Origin: Candidatus Cryptobacteroides sp.
GTDB lineage: Bacteria; Bacteroidota; Bacteroidia; Bacteroidales; UBA932
Length of the DNA: 55,806 nucleotides
Assembly (NCBI GenBank): GCA_045600345.1
Contig: JAZRXU010000056.1
Location: 1-55,806, forward strand
Direction of reading: 5' to 3'
How positions within the stretch are numbered: the first letter of the stretch is position 1; each line of letters starts with the position of its first letter. A program made the translations under genes and the position numbers. Below are positions 54,101 through 55,806 of this stretch, piece after piece. The notes below the pieces were generated by a model, which saw only the letters and a list, made by a program, of their open reading frames with translations, searched no databases and was not told where the DNA came from.

Positions 54101-55806
54101 CAAGGATATACGGGATTTCAAGGACAGTTTGTTTTCGTGCATGAAGGGAAACCTGTATTCATGTCTGGGTACGGAAGCTATCTGGCACCTTCAAGGCCGG
54201 ATATGGCGCCTATCGTTGCTAAGATGAAGAACGACCTGGAGAATGCACAGCTGACAGAGGACGAGAAGAAGAGTTACTGGGACCTTATCAGTTATGTAGA
54301 TTTATTGGCTTCTAGGATTGACACTGTTAATCCGGAGCGCCTGGGTGATACCTTTGACGTGCATCTGCCCGAGGTGAGTCTCAATGTGTCTGACTACTTC
54401 AACTTTGATACCTACAAGCTTGATGCCCAGCGCTATCTCGGTGTTCCTGAAGATATGCGCGAGTATCTCAGTGAGGATCTCCGCAATGAAGTCCTGGCTG
54501 CCGAAATGTCTGCAGAGGAGCGTCACGAGGAGTCGATGAACTTCTCAGTGGTACGTGATCAGCAGACCATCGACATGCTGAACAGCCAGCCCACAGTCGA
54601 GGCTTACCATGCTATGCAGCTGATTACGATGCCTGACGGTAAGCGCTACCTGCTGCCTCCCATGGCTGCAGTGCAGGGAGGCGAGTATGTCGAGGGTATC
54701 CCGGTGAATGAGGATGGCACCATCACTCCCATGTGGGAGCAGGCCGACGAACGTCAGGACCTGGCATTCATGTATACCAAGGGCAAGAGCGGTAAGAGGG
54801 TTCCTGCTGATGCAGAACTCCAGACACGTGACGGCAAGCTGTACTACGACGGCAAGGAGGTGTCCGGTGAGGTAAACAAGGAGACCGGCACGTGGGAACC
54901 CAACTGGTATTTCTCTCTGAAGAAGGGCAACAAGGGTGACAGTGGCGCCAAGCTCACCGACCTGGAGAAGGTGGCCTTCGATCCTTACCAGCACAGCGGC
55001 ATCACTCCTATCAATGACCAGTTCACCACTGCGTACGATCGCAGCCACCTGGTGATGGTTAAGGTACGCGTACCCGCGAGTGAGGCTAGCGGAGAGAGCG
55101 GCTATAAGGCTGACAAGGCGAAGCTCGGTGTCGGCACGCATCCCTGGAAGGGTGGTGTTCTGAAGACAAAGGCTCCCCGCCAGGTGATTCTCAGCCGCTA
55201 CGATATGCCTGTGGAAATCCTCAGTGATGAGGCTGTGGCACAGGAGTGGAAGAAGATGCTGGACGAGAACAGCCTGAAGGAAGTTCCTTTCAATATCGTT
55301 ACGCCCGGCGTGCGCGATGCGCTGCAGCGGCTCGGCGTCACCATTACAGAACCCTCGAAGGGCAATGCCGGTGAGGCCGCCATGGATGCGTACAAGCAGT
55401 GGAAGGAGAATGGTGAGGAGGTACACTTCAGTGTAAGCAGAGAACAACGTCAACATGCTGCAAATCTTTACGATAGCATTTTGAAAAACGGATTTAATGA
55501 TGTATCTTTGCAGTTGTTAAATGAATATATCGATAATGCCGAAGCAGGAACATACACTCTCACCGCGCGACTTCGCAATCCTATTGGAAGAGTGTCGCTC
55601 GAAAAATCAACCCGTACCCAGCGAGTTGATGCTGTCATTGGACGCATTGCTGAGGCAACAGTCCCGAAGGCTTACAGAGCTCAGCCGCGCGGCCGCCAAC
55701 AACTAGAACTTACAAAGAAAGAACTGCTCAAGCAGTGGGCAATCGCTACGGGAAATTGGTATACCGATTTCTCGGAGTTTATAGGTGATTCTGAACCTTT
55801 CGATTC
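45155..55806 (+). CDS. Giant polyvalent protein, 3'-truncated (>3500 aa; absent from ORF track)
   Basis: ATG at 45155. The ORF track lists no terminated ORF in this frame, and spot translations are open up to the window end. HERDH...ADE zincin motif (48845), CPVCY domain (50003), second ART-PolyVal-like domain (~52170-52820), SPWC domain (~53400), repeated MxFSV linkers. Confidence 0.85.
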   Translation, partial: MEDTRYIIKLSDSDQGHALSAEAFEKGKEQFFKENPKAIVLEERDYSPQDAIDANDVFRFDIPGVGSRVRDAQEMSKMDMNAFMTAYPDAKISRVRQYDPYQAVVPMEDIERLNQINAGLQYESERQAKATQEYLDIDVSNVDFEDPNLYKTAQGQEYAEAVQRSFGAKLDAEIKLKNLQQEKVQNPAYRARVDYGIKHGDELQAQIKQGLLDSQQAGYSALEETAKTNPDLAIIQMGGNLFGQTDLLTGLPVVQNTPRQIETNIAAAGGQGEDYLNYKAAQSLVEDTQKVLRSDKKGEYEGMPFFGKFWAGTKNFGRGAEAKLTSEAFWDPFAGMENGFQFIKLRDKILGITAEIDKNFKDVAAGDAEVEKLLDEKLTPSEKTLLDAYLFSAETADIASDVHWSFNAGQSGAESAKMAVEFLLAGGVTGGAKSAVQKALYKKLVTSSLFKVAPKVVRPLSKMLVADLGAAAAGVIQTAVSPTAMANAVNAASQVDWETGDAVNGVEAALKSYGNDFIENATEFGLGPTNKLLSGLGKTKFGKLFSYTPGVGAFMNNAGIQNIFEEWGEELNGAIIDRILGNENALKDFFTTDNQLTLLASFGPTIGPGLAVSEGQKAYYNLSWHSKWNSYKKTLKDYNVSDKQIAALENSLSGSTPEELASHSSPMVKQLLLDFAGNTEVQRATLELIDAKAKQLAANGSEENDLEQRKTDVLNQMQEQMGGKQFYTNTAHDVNGESYDTQSVDVVVDKEGNETFIVGESSDPTKMITLDANGKMGTIDKAQLRQDGVYDLGESDDALLGTRRQMRLSDYLRQKVVAGLRASEQARINQQYQQNLSALKASATLNSEVTVGPAEAQQVGHVVATSSEGVVVQFDAPVQVGENTEVVHNLTWQQYADLTGQPLAVEGENDEAYKQAHKLMRSEVRRRNANATIRGQKISDGRNTYTVDAVIRNDQVSGLQADEIATIIAHDGVGRKSVMFVPYADIEQRQPAQEQAPIEETADLDDGVQRDFRGNPLPLDSTGAVDTEKLWNDDPEAWAHYDAQQRGDFGASAAQGIDAAIAATQQTMTKDNASLATIPPGKQRDEVQARVQAAQNHINELRTIKNRVAHDMIDLQLKEKTSIFEQSYAQAQTLEEKVAIAKEYVQLLEGLTAEDIAAGAQMSTRIVTLDTIEQQFVADGVSEEDARFYAENFRQDATIGNTHDGFEFLGHSYLFPEFIPDLDTIRSKFVHERDHAESRKDGSDVLAIASSDMTREQLEFAVRCLSHGTFYDGMSARNLADELVAYSMEVCYNGVDVEPILRAVGVSDTVINIIKNRYARQSNDKRLASAKRTERGSSEDLYSAYAGDILRYAGALEAESGTVEGSRTGSVARGAQDSEGTSGEGSGTAAAASGDSAGAEPAQGVEPVLTPEESSLSEQVNKSIGTAQSGEMQMGASDEETSDMHHSTVSIAQGAGFTVIPDNGSGDVAFELNGVQYTASKPISAQTLRQAENTVLNYLVADALRVGTVTEESVSTIYQRYADMLNRYLELGKAANGGVDALMDDFQWLGESVYKTVASNSDAQYSKSLDITRVCKKNEAVINAIAELQRRLGYGITPGQVLDIYWATNELGYQVPCPVCYVFSRYIRNGRYATIMINGQRKYGSRLVDPASLTPAQQKQKVKYWLNELAKVDQENKKHSKEIDKAKADITKNLLEIDDIARSLPSLSDKQLKAAKKKIQSLDKRYRTALDVVSQASLDSWITQFAIHKTKDGWQLYDDTYQGFPEEVALDLRQTAKAITMYPAVQRFRKSRGAAAGKAITFAANNDLGEVALDLGGMGTPNYYKMAVEAEDEQSRQGYLKEASKKFEKAHIYAQQQSLRGGQRMWSWSDNIERLAPDVFVNLMQLELLGGALQSYSKQLEGINLVARMGGYVNGSLMGEGIGYRELSIDEVEFQDGKPYHKGGDFVYDIPKEDGVIERKTMKAPVFKENGKYYTLVFDKVVGIDPFGEPAADGHHLKGLFELNATLDKAGNILVGMNDVHVRTAMADDRVFFIIPWHSSGSSVHILRAMLGFLGVNLDNFNPQDYTNVQEEKHFTDKVPEAVIDFWEKHNYQDQFACGIEGGIASGENGSLSESQLHYRELRAAIFRGEAAEHMDEIMADAFLSQVYSNVQAMVDNQLMTSGDNTYIYPYEYWDEESTYQTADVNAARYMEYCRRMGFKPKFCGLLNGKAEGDFGNFVEDKGYWKLLIDRRMYDVNGNFQGLTPVSSEGFNPDLVDPAKTAQEFHVTLVADEAGTQKITDKVMAIEAQRTGSIPMVDYDTNLQKALEKFVKATAEDMKFSTTPQTRAEVDRIVSESFFNGTYMKAPNGAPTHLDAEQWAMVRTQAFKDWFGDWENDPVNASRMLDENGEPKVFYHGTPNNFQMFDPDWGTLGNELGRGVYFASSRALAEQYTRENGDNTYLVDRWIDNYLEDHDMPTNSEQWKELTKMASEEAFRNAHVIPVFLNIRYPYDVTLDDTSSENLPETIMGKMEGHDGVVDKTFAGRYPNFVPEGDYQVLAIDPVQIKSAVDLDGDFSKVETPNMQEIERRRQKTAGGDFLTDEDFDEDMMFSVSRNTRNTITSWVEKYWSKVAPAQMDESTRERWDANVRKSVELVLGEADKFADATTQLAYAKWFTTGSIRTNGEDDLKVIQAVKMAKNHRIDPLSYKSPMEIINLWGDSFKGKPINPDDVPTLHKANELPDGIVVYDVDDSDQSRYNMRQIINTHYGPDCSPWCLLQGDGKGNLTSESKRYREHYNAYPKQVAFRNGKLLAFSANSRSAVAWWDRQDESHEGIPVEGRIARDALGRSGTTIYYNNGNVGYYNIHKGSKGPNGRVVKWASINSPSPDSVITYDHDGNIEFLLRLSNGRPWRLIYKNTDGKSEILTWEGDQLQSWEIPDKSGQRLTTYSWNEHNGLPVMYEDNAEESAITIIWRSNGSVEELRYRRPGSQRYEKFHFDLNNNLQGYTGFQGQFVFVHEGKPVFMSGYGSYLAPSRPDMAPIVAKMKNDLENAQLTEDEKKSYWDLISYVDLLASRIDTVNPERLGDTFDVHLPEVSLNVSDYFNFDTYKLDAQRYLGVPEDMREYLSEDLRNEVLAAEMSAEERHEESMNFSVVRDQQTIDMLNSQPTVEAYHAMQLITMPDGKRYLLPPMAAVQGGEYVEGIPVNEDGTITPMWEQADERQDLAFMYTKGKSGKRVPADAELQTRDGKLYYDGKEVSGEVNKETGTWEPNWYFSLKKGNKGDSGAKLTDLEKVAFDPYQHSGITPINDQFTTAYDRSHLVMVKVRVPASEASGESGYKADKAKLGVGTHPWKGGVLKTKAPRQVILSRYDMPVEILSDEAVAQEWKKMLDENSLKEVPFNIVTPGVRDALQRLGVTITEPSKGNAGEAAMDAYKQWKENGEEVHFSVSREQRQHAANLYDSILKNGFNDVSLQLLNEYIDNAEAGTYTLTARLRNPIGRVSLEKSTRTQRVDAVIGRIAEATVPKAYRAQPRGRQQLELTKKELLKQWAIATGNWYTDFSEFIGDSEPFD
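49107..49415 (+). CDS. Overprinted (+1 frame) 102-aa protein inside the giant gene
   Basis: AT-rich leader AATATAATTAAGAATAGAT-ATG; natural-looking helical protein, while the main frame here is a G/S/R/E-rich low-complexity linker. Confidence 0.55.
   Translation: MQDNQTTSVWLRQKGPSGAVARISTRLTPEISSVMRELSKQNPELWKDRELDLWHEALRIQKERQEKEAAQQPQPQETQPEQSQPKESSLYSRLKKALFPNK
55480..55510 (+). promoter_or_regulatory. Intragenic canonical Bacteroidetes promoter
   Basis: TTTG (55480-83), N19, TATCTTTG (55503-10). Confidence 0.65.
55521..55706 (+). CDS. Overprinted (+1 frame) 56-61 aa protein behind the internal promoter
   Basis: ATG at 55521 or 55536 just after the predicted TSS; helical sequence LSPRDFAILLEEC... 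Confidence 0.45.
   Translation: MNISIMPKQEHTLSPRDFAILLEECRSKNQPVPSELMLSLDALLRQQSRRLTELSRAAANN

Noticed and set aside
45689-55456. Many minus-strand ORFs of up to 303 aa, and similar ones opposite other large genes
   Set aside because: Antisense shadows of codon-biased genes, with unnatural composition and no initiation signals.
55458-55470. Second antisense promoter (GCAAATCTT)
   Set aside because: Reverse complement AAGATTTG misses the TA, and there is no properly spaced -33 element or hairpin.
45155-55806. Apparent gene desert suggesting stop-codon recoding
   Set aside because: It is one open frame lacking a stop before the window edge; other genes are intact in the standard code and end in all three stop codons.
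1-55806. crAss-like phage
   Set aside because: No RNA polymerase motifs, DNA polymerase or primase recognised; the window has an integrase and repressor switch and the genome is much smaller.

Overview
The window is a near-complete, circularly permuted genome of a temperate, podovirus-like phage of a Bacteroidales host. Host evidence: TAnnTTTG promoters, AT-rich starts lacking Shine-Dalgarno sites, and a Bacteroidetes-type tyrosine integrase. No host genes are visible, and the attP-like region upstream of the integrase appears intact. Modules: P22-like portal; inverted activator/rhomboid/terminase block; scaffold and major capsid protein; tail fibre; split lysis genes; an uncharacterised operon; many small leftward early genes; replication initiator with internal iterons; cro/cI switch with a PD-(D/E)xK nuclease moron; integrase; adaptor genes; TerS-like gene; ejection proteins. 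A giant polyvalent-protein reading frame runs off both ends of the window (45155..>55806, missing from the ORF track, and <2..6130). Main findings: (1) genes hidden inside the giant gene next to toxin-like domains, namely an antisense promoter-hairpin-terminator sRNA after the LPD3-like domain and two overprinted ORFs, one with its own canonical promoter; (2) a rhomboid intramembrane protease together with a capsid protein carrying an N-terminal hydrophobic anchor; (3) eight copies of a phage-specific promoter box, each exactly 19 nt upstream of a -7 element; (4) a second, helically phased iteron array inside a structural gene; (5) a tRNA-like RNA. All family assignments come from motif recognition by eye; no searches were run.
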